Part shown: piece after piece, positions 38,876 through 48,259 of the stretch
How the letters are laid out: the number at the start of each line of letters is the position of its first letter
How positions within the stretch are numbered: the first letter of the stretch is position 1
Source: Acidimicrobiales bacterium
GTDB lineage: Bacteria; Actinomycetota; Acidimicrobiia; Acidimicrobiales; RAAP-2
Length of the DNA: 50,556 nt
Direction: 5' to 3'
NCBI GenBank assembly: GCA_036495505.1
Contig: DASXMT010000451.1
Coordinates: 1-50,556, forward strand
Program-made: the position numbers and the translations under genes
Notes under the pieces: model-generated
Told to the model about the DNA's origin: nothing
The model's database searches: none
Seen by the model: only the letters and a program-made list of their open reading frames with translations

Positions 38876-39252
38876 TACTTGCGAACCTTCTTCTTACCGG
38901 CGACCGTCTTCTTCGGTCCCTTGCGAGTACGGGCGTTGGTATGGGTGCGTTGACCGTGGACGGGAAGGCCCTTGCGATGGCGGACGCCCTGATAGCAGCC
39001 GATCTCCATCTTCCGCTTGATGTCCTGGGACACTTCCCGCCGCAGGTCGCCCTCGACCTGGTAATTGGCGTCGATGAACGTGCGCAGACGGGTGACCTCT
39101 TCGTCGGTCAGGTCCCGAACACGGGTGTCGGGACTGGTCTCGGTGACGGCACAGATGTTCTGTGCCGTCGTCCGGCCGACGCCGAAGATATAGGTGAGAG
39201 CAATCTCCAACCGCTTTTCGCGGGGAATGTCTACGCCGCTGATACGAGCCAC
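38875..39252 (-). CDS. rpsM: 30S ribosomal protein S13
   Basis: 125 aa starting [26 protein letters not shown]. Confidence 0.95.
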   Translation of the reverse strand: MARISGVDIPREKRLEIALTYIFGVGRTTAQNICAVTETSPDTRVRDLTDEEVTRLRTFIDANYQVEGDLRREVSQDIKRKMEIGCYQGVRHRKGLPVHGQRTHTNARTRKGPKKTVAGKKKVRK

Positions 39253-39275
39253 GCTGTCCTTCCTTCTTCCTTGCC

Positions 39276-39389
39276 CTAGCCCTGCCGCTGCTTATGGCGG
39301 GGGTTCTCGCAGATGACCACGACCCGCCGATGACGGCGGATCACCTTGCACTTCTCACACATCGGCTTGACGCTCGGTCGAACCTTCAT
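39276..39389 (-). CDS. rpmJ: 50S ribosomal protein L36
   Basis: Not in the ORF track (37 aa). Hand translation gives [37 protein letters not shown]. Confidence 0.9.
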   Translation of the reverse strand: MKVRPSVKPMCEKCKVIRRHRRVVVICENPRHKQRQG

Positions 39390-39538
39390 GTTTCCGCACC
39401 TCTCTTACGAACTGCTCATGCTGCACTGCCGCCCGTGCTGCTATTTCTTGTTACTGATCTGCCTGTCTGGTCTGCCCATGCTGCCCCGAACGGTCTGCCC
39501 TGCCCGTGGTGTCGACGCCGACTAGACCGGTCACCCGC

Positions 39539-39763
39539 TCACTTGTAGCGGTAGGTGATCCGTCCGCGAGCCAGGTCGTACGGGGTGATCTCGACTTGCA
39601 CACGGTCGCCGGGAAGGATCCGGATGCGGTGCATCCGCATCTTCCCCGAGCTGTGCGCCAGTACTTTGTGGCCGTTCTCGAGCTCGACGCGGAACATGGC
39701 GTTCGGCAGCGGCTCGACGACGGTTCCCTCCAGCACGATGGCGTCTTCTTTGGGCTTGGGCAG
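39539..39763 (-). CDS. infA: Translation initiation factor IF-1 (proposed CTG start)
   Basis: (L/M)[42 protein letters not shown]...RGRITYRYK. The ORF-track GTG at 39736 would remove the conserved KEDAI N-terminus. CTG at 39763 lies 6 nt after AGGAG. Confidence 0.88.
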   Translation of the reverse strand: MPKPKEDAIVLEGTVVEPLPNAMFRVELENGHKVLAHSSGKMRMHRIRILPGDRVQVEITPYDLARGRITYRYK

Positions 39764-39769
39764 GTGATT

Positions 39770-39774
39770 CTCCT
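39770..39774 (-). promoter_or_regulatory. Shine-Dalgarno for infA
   Basis: AGGAG lies 6 nt upstream of CTG at 39763 and overlaps the in-frame TAG (39775-39773). Confidence 0.6.
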
Positions 39775-39986
39775 AAAAACTCTGATGTCCTGTTCCACTC
39801 ACCCCAGGGGTCGGCGTGCAGCACGCGATCGACGTAGTGTCGTTGCACCGCACCGCCGTCGGCAGAGCACCAGAAGGGCGCCACCGGGAGCGGGACTCGG
39901 CACGCCATCACACACCGGTGGCGAGCCGAACGACTAGTTTAGCGGTTTCGCGGCAATTTGCCAGTTCGATGGGCAAATCAGGCCCC

Positions 39987-40008
39987 AACAGGCACCCGAT
40001 CGCCTGTT
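39987..40008 (-). terminator. Hairpin after map (possible terminator)
   Basis: AACAGGC-N8-GCCTGTT is a perfect 7-bp stem. On the minus-strand RNA it is followed by GGGGCCUGAUUUGCCC. Confidence 0.3.
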
Positions 40009-40060
40009 TGGTCGGTCCCAGCCCGTCGGGCCGGCTGAAAACGAGCCGCCGGGTCGCCCC

Positions 40061-40804
40061 TCACGGGACGGTGAACACCTCCGGACCATCGTCGGTCACC
40101 GCGATGGTGTGCTCGAAGTGGGCCGAGAGGCGCCCGTCGGCGGTGATCACACTCCACCCGTCTTCGAGCTGGAGGGTCTCGGGACTACCGGCGTTCACCA
40201 TCGGCTCGACGGCGAACACCATCCCCGACTTGAGCACGGGCCCCGGGGTTCCCGGCCAGTAGTTGGGCACCTGGGGCTCCTCGTGCATCGCCGTGCCGAT
40301 GGCGTGGCCGACGTACTCACGCACCACGGTAAACCCGGCACTCTCCGCAACCTTCTGAACGGCCCGCCCTACCTCGTTCAGCCGGTTGCCGGGGCGCAGC
40401 TGGTCGATCCCCGACCACAGGCTGGCCTCGGTCACCTCCAACAGGCGCGTGGCCTCTGGGCTGAGCTCCCCGATGCCCGCCGTGTAGGCGGCATCGCCGT
40501 GGTAGCCCTCGATGATGGCGCCGCAGTCGACCGACAGGATGTCCCCCTCGGCCAGCACCACCTGGTCCGACGGGATGCCGTGGACGATCATCGAGTTGGG
40601 CGACGTACAGATGACGGCAGGGAACCCGTGGTAGTTGAGAAAGTTGGACTTCGCCCCGCGGCGTTCGAGGACGTCCCTGGCCACCTGGTCGATGGCCGCG
40701 GTGGTGATGCCGGGGCGGAGGGCGGCCCTGGTCGCCTCGTGCATCTCGGCCACCACCTTGCCCGCTTTGCGCATCTTGGCCAGCTCGTCGGGGTTGCGTT
40801 TCAC
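40061..40804 (-). CDS. map: Type I methionine aminopeptidase
   Basis: 247 aa with the metal ligands in context (ILSVDCGAIIEGYHGD, GHAIG, FAVEPM, FEHT). Confidence 0.92.
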   Translation of the reverse strand: MKRNPDELAKMRKAGKVVAEMHEATRAALRPGITTAAIDQVARDVLERRGAKSNFLNYHGFPAVICTSPNSMIVHGIPSDQVVLAEGDILSVDCGAIIEGYHGDAAYTAGIGELSPEATRLLEVTEASLWSGIDQLRPGNRLNEVGRAVQKVAESAGFTVVREYVGHAIGTAMHEEPQVPNYWPGTPGPVLKSGMVFAVEPMVNAGSPETLQLEDGWSVITADGRLSAHFEHTIAVTDDGPEVFTVP

Positions 40805-40862
40805 CCCTCAGACCCTACGGCGCAGCGAGGCCCGATCGTTCGGACCGGACCCGTCGGGGGGG

Positions 40863-41546
40863 TCATCGAGTGGGTCGCCCGCCCTTTCGGTCTCGGTGGT
40901 CCTCGATCACCCGGACCAGGCGTCGTGTCACCGAGTCGGGCGAGCCCGATCCGTTGACCGCGGCCAGCTGGCTTCGCTCCCGGTACCACTCGATGAGCGG
41001 GGCGGTCTGGCGCTCGTAGATCTCCAGACGCCGCGAGATCGCCTCTTCGCGGTCGTCCTCCCGCTGGATGACCTCGCCACCGCACACGTCACAGGTCCAG
41101 TTGATCAGCGGCGGGGTCGAGACCGAGTAGTTGGTACCGCAGTCCACGCATACCCGGCGGGCGGCCAGCCGGCGCAGCACCTGGGCGGTGGAGACCTCGA
41201 TGTCGATGGTCAGGTCGAGATCCATCGGAGCGAGGAGGCCGGCCAGTGCCTCGGCCTGGGCCACGGTCCGGGGGCAGCCGTCGAGCACGAAGCCTCGGGC
41301 CCGGACATCGCCCTCGTTCAAGCGCTCGGAGACCATGTCCATGATGAGGTCGTCGCTGAGCAGTTCACCCTTGTCCATCAGGTCCTTGGCCTTTTTGCCA
41401 AGGGGGGTGCCCTGCTTGACGGCCACCCGGAGCATGTCCCCGGTCGAGACATGAGGGACGACGTAGTGGTGGGAGAGACGCACGCACTGCGTCCCCTTAC
41501 CTGCCCCCTGCTTGCCGAGGACAACGAGCCTGGCGCCTGGTACCAC
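40863..41546 (-). CDS. adk: Adenylate kinase (zinc-lid form)
   Basis: 227 aa with GKQGAGKGTQ (P-loop) and the lid CVDCG...CDVCGG. Confidence 0.93.
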   Translation of the reverse strand: MVPGARLVVLGKQGAGKGTQCVRLSHHYVVPHVSTGDMLRVAVKQGTPLGKKAKDLMDKGELLSDDLIMDMVSERLNEGDVRARGFVLDGCPRTVAQAEALAGLLAPMDLDLTIDIEVSTAQVLRRLAARRVCVDCGTNYSVSTPPLINWTCDVCGGEVIQREDDREEAISRRLEIYERQTAPLIEWYRERSQLAAVNGSGSPDSVTRRLVRVIEDHRDRKGGRPTR

Positions 41547-42839
41547 TTACTTGAGGAAGCCCTCGTAATTTCGCATCATAAGCTGGCTATCGATCTGCTT
41601 CATCGTCTCCAGGGCGACGCCCGTGGCGATGAGGAGGGTCACTCCGTAGAACGGATAGCCGGTTATGTGCCAGGCAGCCATCAACAACGACGGCACCACG
41701 GCCACGGCACCGAGGAACAGGGCGCCAGGCCAGGTGATCCGATTGAGGATGTGGGCCAGGTAGCGCTCGGTGGGCAGGCCCGGTCTGATACCGGGGATGT
41801 ATCCGCCCTGCTTGCGGATGATGTCGGCTTGTTGGTGGGGATCGAAGGCGACGTAGACGTAGAAGAACGTGAACAAGAGGATGAGGACGAAGTACGAGAA
41901 GATGTACACCAGGCTGGTCGGGGTGATGTTGGCGTTCACCCAGGTCCGGAAGGCCGAGGACGGGATGATGTTCGACAACAGAATCGGGATGTACAGCACC
42001 GAGCTGGCGAAGATGATCGGGATGACCCCTGACTGGTTGACCTTCAACGGTATGTAGGTATTGGAGCCGCCGACCGTCTTGCGACCAACCACCCGTTTGG
42101 CGAACGTGACCGGTATCCGGCGCTGGCCCTGATCGACGAAGACGATCAGGACCAACAGGGCCAGCGATACCACCAGGATGGCCCCGAACTTGAACCGCCC
42201 ACCCTCTTGGAGCACGGTGTTCATGCCGCCGGGGATGCCGGCCACCACGTTGGCGAAGATCAGGATGGACATGCCCTGGCCAATACCCCGCTGGGTGATG
42301 AGCTCACCCAACCACATCACGAAGGCGGTACCCGCGGTCAGGGTCATGACGATGAACGCGCCGCGCCAGATTGAGTAGTGGAGGATGAGGTCGATGTTCT
42401 GGTTGGACCCGAACAGGCCGCCGCCTCCCTTGTGGAACAGGTACACCAGGCCGGTGGACTGCATGAGGGCCAGAGCGATGGTCAGGTACCTGGTCGTCTG
42501 GGTCAACTTCTTCTGACCGACGGCACCCTGGTCGCGCCACTCCTCGAGCTTGGGGATCACCGTGGCCAGCAGCTGGATGATGATGCTGGAGGTGATGTAG
42601 GGCATGATCCCCAGCCCGAACACGGCCATGCGGGTGAGCGCACCGCCCGAGAACAGGTTCAGGAAGCCCAGCACCCCCGAGGACTTGGCCGCCGAGGTGA
42701 CCTGTTGCACCTTGGAGAAGTCGATGAACGGGCAGGGAACGTTGGCCCCGAATTGGTAGATGCAAATGACGACGAGGGTGAACAGGACCTTCTTACGAAG
42801 GTCGGCGATACGGAAGATGTTTGCCAAACTGGACAGCAT
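41547..42839 (-). CDS. secY: Preprotein translocase subunit SecY
   Basis: 430-aa polytopic protein with FSGGALTRMAVFGLGIMPYITSSI and GGYIPGIRPG. Confidence 0.96.
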   Translation of the reverse strand: MLSSLANIFRIADLRKKVLFTLVVICIYQFGANVPCPFIDFSKVQQVTSAAKSSGVLGFLNLFSGGALTRMAVFGLGIMPYITSSIIIQLLATVIPKLEEWRDQGAVGQKKLTQTTRYLTIALALMQSTGLVYLFHKGGGGLFGSNQNIDLILHYSIWRGAFIVMTLTAGTAFVMWLGELITQRGIGQGMSILIFANVVAGIPGGMNTVLQEGGRFKFGAILVVSLALLVLIVFVDQGQRRIPVTFAKRVVGRKTVGGSNTYIPLKVNQSGVIPIIFASSVLYIPILLSNIIPSSAFRTWVNANITPTSLVYIFSYFVLILLFTFFYVYVAFDPHQQADIIRKQGGYIPGIRPGLPTERYLAHILNRITWPGALFLGAVAVVPSLLMAAWHITGYPFYGVTLLIATGVALETMKQIDSQLMMRNYEGFLK

Positions 42840-42872
42840 GGGTGCCCTTCGACGCCTCTCGGTCGGTCGATG

Positions 42873-43361
42873 CTACCGGTTGGTGAGGGCGTTGCCCCTA
42901 GCGGGCGGTCGACCGTTGCCAAATGGCGGTGGCACCACGGTCACCGAGCCGCCGGCTCCGGTGATGGCGGCTTCGGCCGACTTCGAGAAGGCGTGAGCCT
43001 CGACCCGCAGCGCGCGGGACAGCTCGCCTCCTCCGAGGATCTTCACCAGGGCGTTCTTCTTCACCAGCCCGGCAGCCGCCAATGCGGCAAGATCGGCGTG
43101 GTCCCCGTCGACGGCGCTGAGGGCGCCCACGTTGACCGGGGTGTACTCCACCCGGAACGGGTTCTTGAACCCGCGCAACTTGGGGATCCGCTGCATCAGC
43201 GGCAGCTGGCCACCCTCGAACCCTGCGGGGATCTTGCTCCGCGCCGCCTGGCCCTTGGTCCCTCGACCAGCGGTTTTGCCGCCCTTGCCAGCGATTCCTC
43301 GGCCGACACGACGGCGCGGACGGGTGGACCCCGCCGGCGGTCGTAGCTCATGGACCTTCAT
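42873..43361 (-). CDS. rplO: 50S ribosomal protein L15
   Basis: 162 aa with RVGRGIAGKGGKTAGRGTKG. Confidence 0.95.
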   Translation of the reverse strand: MKVHELRPPAGSTRPRRRVGRGIAGKGGKTAGRGTKGQAARSKIPAGFEGGQLPLMQRIPKLRGFKNPFRVEYTPVNVGALSAVDGDHADLAALAAAGLVKKNALVKILGGGELSRALRVEAHAFSKSAEAAITGAGGSVTVVPPPFGNGRPPARGNALTNR

Positions 43362-43603
43362 CGAGCACCTCTCTCGTCTTCACTGGCTGGGGTGACCTCG
43401 ATCAGGTGGGGCACCCGGGCCAGCATGCCGCGGATCTCCGGTCGATCGGGCAGCACGTTGGTGCGCCCGATGCCGCGTAGTCCCAGGGCACGCAGCGTGC
43501 CCCGGTGCTTGGGCTTGGTGCCGATACCCGATCGCACTTGGGTGACGCGCAGCCACCCGGTGGTGGTCGCCGAATCGCTGGGCGCCGGCGTCGCTGCTGC
43601 CAT
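43358..43603 (-). CDS. rpmD: 50S ribosomal protein L30 (with N- and C-terminal extensions)
   Basis: The core is LRVTQVRSGIGTKPKHRGTLRALGLRGIGRTNVL. ATG at 43603 lies 1 nt after the rpsE stop. The stop overlaps the rplO ATG (ATGA). Confidence 0.88.
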   Translation of the reverse strand: MAAATPAPSDSATTTGWLRVTQVRSGIGTKPKHRGTLRALGLRGIGRTNVLPDRPEIRGMLARVPHLIEVTPASEDERGAR

Positions 43604-43604
43604 C

Positions 43605-44153
43605 TCAGCTCACCTCCGTGAACAGATCTGCTTCGCGGCGGCGCTCACGGTAGGCGCGAAGGACGCCGCCGGGGATGACATCCTCGGCTCGCTTGCCCCG
43701 AAGGGTGGCGATCTCATCGGGACGCTTGAGCCCCTTGAGGCCGGCGATGGTGGCGTGGGCCACGTTGATCCCGTTGGACGATCCCAGCGACTTGGCCAGG
43801 ATGTCGCGAATGCCGGCCATCTCCAGGATGGCCCGCGCTGCACCGCCGGCGATCACGCCGGTACCGGGGGCGGCGGGCTTCAGCATCACCCGACCGGCAC
43901 CGCTCTCGCCCATGATGGGGTGGGTGATGGTCGAGCCGGCCAGGGGCACCTCGAAGACGTTCTTGCGCGCCTCTTCGATGCCCTTCTGCACGGCCAGGCC
44001 GGCCTCTTTGGCCTTGCCGTAGCCCAAGCCGACGTTGCCGTTCCCGTCGCCAACCACCATGAGGGCGGCAAAGGAGAAGCGGCGGCCACCCTTGACCACC
44101 TTGGACACCCGGTTGACCCGGATGGTGCGCTCTTCGTATTGCAGTTCGGCCAT
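43605..44153 (-). CDS. rpsE: 30S ribosomal protein S5
   Basis: [42 protein letters not shown] at 44153 overlaps the rplR stop by 1 nt. The ORF-track N-terminal extension was discarded. Confidence 0.95.
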   Translation of the reverse strand: MAELQYEERTIRVNRVSKVVKGGRRFSFAALMVVGDGNGNVGLGYGKAKEAGLAVQKGIEEARKNVFEVPLAGSTITHPIMGESGAGRVMLKPAAPGTGVIAGGAARAILEMAGIRDILAKSLGSSNGINVAHATIAGLKGLKRPDEIATLRGKRAEDVIPGGVLRAYRERRREADLFTEVS

Positions 44154-44518
44154 CAGAACTCCAGTCCTTCCGCACGGGCCGCGTCCGCCAGAGCGGCGAC
44201 CCGTCCGTGATAGGTGAATCCGCCCCGGTCGAAGACCACGGTGGTGACGCCGGCCGCCTTGGCGCGCGAGGCCACCAGCGTGCCTACCGCCTTGGCCGCA
44301 TCGATGTTGCTGCCGGGCTTGCCCCGGAGATCGCCCTCGACGGTGGAGGCGGCGGCGACGGTGCGCCCGGCCTGGTCGTCGATGAGCTGGGCCGTGATGT
44401 GCTTGTTGGACCGGAAGACGGCCAGGCGTGGCCGTTCGGGCGTGCCCGTGATCCGGCGGCGGACCCTCGAATGGCGTCGGCGCCGGAGCTCCAGCTTGTG
44501 GTCGGTTGCACGTCCCAT
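44153..44518 (-). CDS. rplR: 50S ribosomal protein L18
   Basis: 121 aa with [18 protein letters not shown] and [16 protein letters not shown]. Confidence 0.95.
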   Translation of the reverse strand: MGRATDHKLELRRRRHSRVRRRITGTPERPRLAVFRSNKHITAQLIDDQAGRTVAAASTVEGDLRGKPGSNIDAAKAVGTLVASRAKAAGVTTVVFDRGGFTYHGRVAALADAARAEGLEF

Positions 44519-45060
44519 TACTTCGCTGCCTTCCCTGCCTTGCGGACGACCCGCTCACCCGCGTACCGGACCCCTTTGCCCTTGTAGGGCTCGGGCTTGC
44601 GGAGCTTTCGGATGTCTGCGGCTACTTGACCGACTTTTTCCTTGTCGATCCCCTTCACGATGATACGGGTGGGGGTGGGCACTTCGAAGGTCACGCCATC
44701 GGGAGCGCTCACGTTGACCGGGTGCGAGTAACCGAGGGCCAGCTCCAGGGCATCTGCGCCCTTGGGGACGGCCCGGTATCCGACGCCGACGATCTCCAGT
44801 TCCTTGGTGTAGCCGGCGGTCACGCCGGTCACCATGTTGGCCACCAGCGAGCGGGTGAGCCCATGGAGGGCCCGGTTCTGACGCTGATCGTCGGGGCGCT
44901 CCACCACGACCTGGTCCCCGTCCTGACGGACGGTGATGGTGGCGGGCACCAACCGGGCCAGCTCGCCCTGGGGTCCCTTGACGGTGACCCGGTTGCCCTC
45001 GGCCACGGCCACGGACACGCCGGACGGGACCGGGATGGGGGAACGTCCGATGCGGGACAT
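44518..45060 (-). CDS. rplF: 50S ribosomal protein L6
   Basis: 180 aa with [17 protein letters not shown] and GKGVRYAGE. Confidence 0.95.
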   Translation of the reverse strand: MSRIGRSPIPVPSGVSVAVAEGNRVTVKGPQGELARLVPATITVRQDGDQVVVERPDDQRQNRALHGLTRSLVANMVTGVTAGYTKELEIVGVGYRAVPKGADALELALGYSHPVNVSAPDGVTFEVPTPTRIIVKGIDKEKVGQVAADIRKLRKPEPYKGKGVRYAGERVVRKAGKAAK

Positions 45061-45123
45061 CAGCGATCACCTCCACATGCGGCCAGGGCGCGGCCGTTCG
45101 GCGTTGGGTCAGCCAGAGTTCGG

Positions 45124-45528
45124 TTACCAGACATAACAGAGAACCTCCCCGCCCATGCGGCGCTTGCGGGCCTCACGGTCGGTCATCAGCCCCTTGGAGG
45201 TGGACACCACGGCCACACCCATGCCGCCCAGCACGCGGGGCATCTTGTCGGCCCGGGCGTAGATGCGCAGGCCGGGCTTGGACACCCGCTTGATCCCCGA
45301 GATGGTCCGGGCGCGGTCGGGTGCGTACTTCATGATGATCTCGAGGGTGCGCCCGGGCTTGTCCGCGTTGTCGTTGACCTCGAAGCCCGAGATGTACCCC
45401 TCCTCCACCAGGATGGCAGCGAGGGACTCCTTCAACTTGGACCCGGGCATCTTCACCGTGTCGAAGTGGGCCGTGTTGGCGTTCCGGATGCGGGTGAGCA
45501 TGTCGGCGATGGGATCGGTCATGGTCAT
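45124..45528 (-). CDS. rpsH: 30S ribosomal protein S8
   Basis: 134 aa starting [18 protein letters not shown]. Confidence 0.95.
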   Translation of the reverse strand: MTMTDPIADMLTRIRNANTAHFDTVKMPGSKLKESLAAILVEEGYISGFEVNDNADKPGRTLEIIMKYAPDRARTISGIKRVSKPGLRIYARADKMPRVLGGMGVAVVSTSKGLMTDREARKRRMGGEVLCYVW

Positions 45529-45544
45529 CGGTCGTCTCCTCCCC

Positions 45545-45730
45545 TCACCAGCTGGCCTTGGTCACGCCGGGAATCTCGCCGGCGTGCACCATCACCCGCA
45601 GACAGATCCGGCACAGGCCGAACTTGCGGTAGACGGACTTCGGGCGGCCACACCGCCGGCAGCGGGTGTACCCGCGTACCTTGAACTTCGGTGTGCGCTG
45701 TTGCTTCTCGATCAAAGCCTTCTTCGCCAT
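45545..45730 (-). CDS. rpsN: 30S ribosomal protein S14, type Z (zinc-binding, 61 aa)
   Basis: [45 protein letters not shown]...TKASW. ATG is at 45730 inside the longer ORF-track ORF. Confidence 0.93.
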   Translation of the reverse strand: MAKKALIEKQQRTPKFKVRGYTRCRRCGRPKSVYRKFGLCRICLRVMVHAGEIPGVTKASW

Positions 45731-45734
45731 GGGG

Positions 45735-46307
45735 TTACTGGTTCTCCTGTCGGAACGGGAAACCGAAAGCAGCCAGGAGTGCCCGGCCCTCGTCGTCGGT
45801 ACGTGCTGTGGTGGCGATGGTGATGTCCATGCCTCGGGTGGAGTCGATGCGGTCGTAGTCGACCTCGGGGAAGATGAGCTGCTCGGTGACCCCGAAGGTG
45901 TAGTTGCCGTGGCCGTCGAACGATCTCGGCGACAGGCCCCGGAAGTCACGGATGCGGGGGATGGCCGTGGCCACCAGGCGGTCGAAGAACTCCCAGGCCC
46001 GATCGCCCCGGAGGGTCACCTTGGCCCCGATCTCCTGTCCCTCCCGGAGCTTGAAGCCGGCGATCGACTTCTTGGCCCGGGTGACCACCGGCTTTTGCCC
46101 GGTGATGGTCTCCAGGTCGGTCATGGCTCCCTCGATGAGGGACTTCTGCTGGGTGGCGCGGCCCACGCCCATGTTGAGCACGATCTTGGACAGGCGGGGC
46201 ACTTCCATGATGTTGGCCAGGCCCAGGGTCTCCCGGAGCTTGGCCCGCACCTCGTTGTCGTAGCGGTTCTTCAGCCGCGGACGAGTGTCGCCAATGGTGG
46301 GGGCCAT
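45735..46307 (-). CDS. rplE: 50S ribosomal protein L5
   Basis: [21 protein letters not shown] and [21 protein letters not shown] at 46307 overlaps the rplX stop by 1 nt. An alternative GTG is at 46310. Confidence 0.94.
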   Translation of the reverse strand: MAPTIGDTRPRLKNRYDNEVRAKLRETLGLANIMEVPRLSKIVLNMGVGRATQQKSLIEGAMTDLETITGQKPVVTRAKKSIAGFKLREGQEIGAKVTLRGDRAWEFFDRLVATAIPRIRDFRGLSPRSFDGHGNYTFGVTEQLIFPEVDYDRIDSTRGMDITIATTARTDDEGRALLAAFGFPFRQENQ

Positions 46308-46612
46308 CACAGATCACCCCCACACTTGCGGCAGACCCGCACTTTGCGTCCGTTCTCGTCGATCCGCATGCCGATCCGGGTGGGGCCGCAGGAGCCGCAC
46401 ACGATGGCCACCGAGGATACGGACACGGGCATGAACTTGTCGATCACGCCGCCTTGCATGGTGGCGCGGGTCGGCTTGGCGTGACGCTTGGCCACGTGGA
46501 CGCCTTCGACGATGACCCGACCCTCGGACGGGATGGCCCGGACCACATCGGCCCGCTTGCCCCGGTCCTTGCCCGAGATCACCTCCACCTTGTCTCCCTT
46601 ACGAATACGCAT
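46307..46612 (-). CDS. rplX: 50S ribosomal protein L24 (with C-terminal CxxC...CxxC)
   Basis: [23 protein letters not shown] (KOW domain), then ...[31 protein letters not shown] at 46612 overlaps the rplN stop by 1 nt. Confidence 0.94.
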   Translation of the reverse strand: MRIRKGDKVEVISGKDRGKRADVVRAIPSEGRVIVEGVHVAKRHAKPTRATMQGGVIDKFMPVSVSSVAIVCGSCGPTRIGMRIDENGRKVRVCRKCGGDL

Positions 46613-46980
46613 CACAACACCTCCGGTGCTAGTGAGACAATCCGCATGAATCGCTTGTCGCGCAGCTCCCGGCCGACCGGGCCGAAGATGCGGGTCCCAC
46701 GTGGTTGTTGCTGGTCGTTGATCAGGACGGCAGCGTTCTCGTCGAAACGGATGTAGCTGCCGTCGGGTCGACGCTTTTCCTTCTTGGTCCGGACGACGAC
46801 GCACTTGACGACGTCACCCCGCTTCACCGCCGCGCCGGGGATGGCGTCTTTGACCGTGGCCACGAAGACGTCCCCGATCGAGGCGTAGCGGCGGCGTGAG
46901 CCGCCCAGCACCTTGATGCAGAGCACTTCTTTGGCCCCGGAATTGTCGGCGACCCGAAGTCGCGATTCCTGTTGGATCAT
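46612..46980 (-). CDS. rplN: 50S ribosomal protein L14
   Basis: 122 aa starting [28 protein letters not shown]. Confidence 0.96.
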   Translation of the reverse strand: MIQQESRLRVADNSGAKEVLCIKVLGGSRRRYASIGDVFVATVKDAIPGAAVKRGDVVKCVVVRTKKEKRRPDGSYIRFDENAAVLINDQQQPRGTRIFGPVGRELRDKRFMRIVSLAPEVL

Positions 46981-47255
46981 CTCGCCCGCTCCAGCACTTC
47001 GCCCAGGCGCCAGCGCTTGAGCTTGGACAGCGGGCGGGTCTCGACCACCCGGACCCGGTCCCCGACCTTGGCCGAGTTCTCCTGATCGTGGACGTAGAGG
47101 CGCTTGGTGCGCTGCACCGTCTTCCCGTAGCGGGGGTGGCGTACCCGCTCGACCACGGAAACCACCACGGTGGACTCCATGCCGTCGGAAACGACAATGC
47201 CCTCACGGACCTTGCGGCGGTTCGCCCGCTCGTCAGTCGTCGACTCGTCGGCCAT
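46977..47255 (-). CDS. rpsQ: 30S ribosomal protein S17
   Basis: 92 aa with [29 protein letters not shown]. Confidence 0.94.
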   Translation of the reverse strand: MADESTTDERANRRKVREGIVVSDGMESTVVVSVVERVRHPRYGKTVQRTKRLYVHDQENSAKVGDRVRVVETRPLSKLKRWRLGEVLERAR

Positions 47256-47821
47256 CAGCCCTCTTCCTCCACATCATCATCGGTGGCCGCCACCGGGGTG
47301 GCGCTGGCCGTCACCGTCGTGGTGGTCTCCACCCCCTCGGTGTCCTCGTCCTCGGCGCCGTCGGTGTCCTCGTCGTCAACATCGGCCTCCGCCCCGACGT
47401 CCGTGTTGTCCTCGACGTCCGTGTTGTCCTCGACGTCCGTGTTGTCCTCGACGTCCTCGACGTCCGTGTTCTCCTCGACGTCCTCGACGTCCGTGTTCTC
47501 CTCTGCCCGCTCGGCCGCCCGCCGCTCGGCCGCTGGAACCCTGGTCCGACCCAGCGCCTTGTCCTCGGCCTGCTGCCGGGCCACGGCCTGATGGACGGGG
47601 ATGTCCTCCACGGCCAGCCCTTCGGCCTCGGCGATCTCCCGGGCCCGAAGCTCGGTGAGGAGGCGGGCGATGTCCTTGCGCACGTGGTTCATGCGGGAGA
47701 AGTTGTCGAGCTGACCGGTGGCCAGCTGAAAGCGCAGGTTGAACAGCTCACGCCTGGTCTCGTTGAGGCGGATCTCGAGCTCGTCCACATCCAGCTCGAC
47801 GATTTCGGCTGCGGTGGCCAT
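47255..47821 (-). CDS. rpmC: 50S ribosomal protein L29 with ~120-aa acidic repeat-containing C-terminal extension
   Basis: The core is [32 protein letters not shown]. The tail contains [14 protein letters not shown] repeats. ATG at 47821 overlaps the rplP stop by 1 nt, and the stop overlaps the rpsQ ATG. Confidence 0.9.
   Translation of the reverse strand: MATAAEIVELDVDELEIRLNETRRELFNLRFQLATGQLDNFSRMNHVRKDIARLLTELRAREIAEAEGLAVEDIPVHQAVARQQAEDKALGRTRVPAAERRAAERAEENTDVEDVEENTDVEDVEDNTDVEDNTDVEDNTDVGAEADVDDEDTDGAEDEDTEGVETTTTVTASATPVAATDDDVEEEG
47396..47503 (-). repeat. In-frame tandem repeats (3 x 18 bp, then 2 x 27 bp) inside rpmC
   Basis: GACGTCCGTGTTGTCCTC occurs three times (47396-47449). 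GACGTCCTCGACGTCCGTGTTCTCCTC then occurs twice (47450-47503). Confidence 0.9.
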
Positions 47822-48258
47822 CAGACTTGGACCTCCGGTGTCCCATGGGTTCCGGGACGTATGACGAACTTGGCCTTGAACGGAAGCTTCTGGATGGCCC
47901 GCTCCATGGCCTCTTTGGCCAGCCCCTGCTCCACACCGGCCAGCTCGAAGAGGATCCGCCCAGGCTTGACCACGGCCACCCAGTGCTCCGGGTTGCCCTT
48001 GCCTGAGCCCATACGGGTCTCGGCCGGCTTCTGGGTGACGGGCCGGTCCGGGAACACCCGGATCCACACCTTGCCACCGCGCTTCACGTGCCTGGTCATG
48101 GCGATTCGGGCCGCCTCGATCTGCCGGGCGGTCAGCCAGGCGGGCTCCAGGGCCTGAATGCCGAAGTCACCGAAATTGACGGTGGCACCACCCTTGGCTG
48201 CGCCGGTCATCCGGCCACGCTGCTGCTTGCGGTGCTTCACCTTGCGGGGCATCAACAT
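47821..48258 (-). CDS. rplP: 50S ribosomal protein L16
   Basis: [17 protein letters not shown]... with [10 protein letters not shown]. The chosen ATG at 48258 lies 1 nt after the rpsC stop. Confidence 0.95.
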   Translation of the reverse strand: MLMPRKVKHRKQQRGRMTGAAKGGATVNFGDFGIQALEPAWLTARQIEAARIAMTRHVKRGGKVWIRVFPDRPVTQKPAETRMGSGKGNPEHWVAVVKPGRILFELAGVEQGLAKEAMERAIQKLPFKAKFVIRPGTHGTPEVQV

Positions 48259-48259
48259 G

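Noticed and set aside
39734-39736. GTG 39736 as the infA start (the ORF-track call)
   Set aside because: It would remove the conserved KEDAI N-terminus, and it has no Shine-Dalgarno at proper spacing. The AGGAG serves the upstream CTG instead. The GTG is kept only as the fallback hypothesis.
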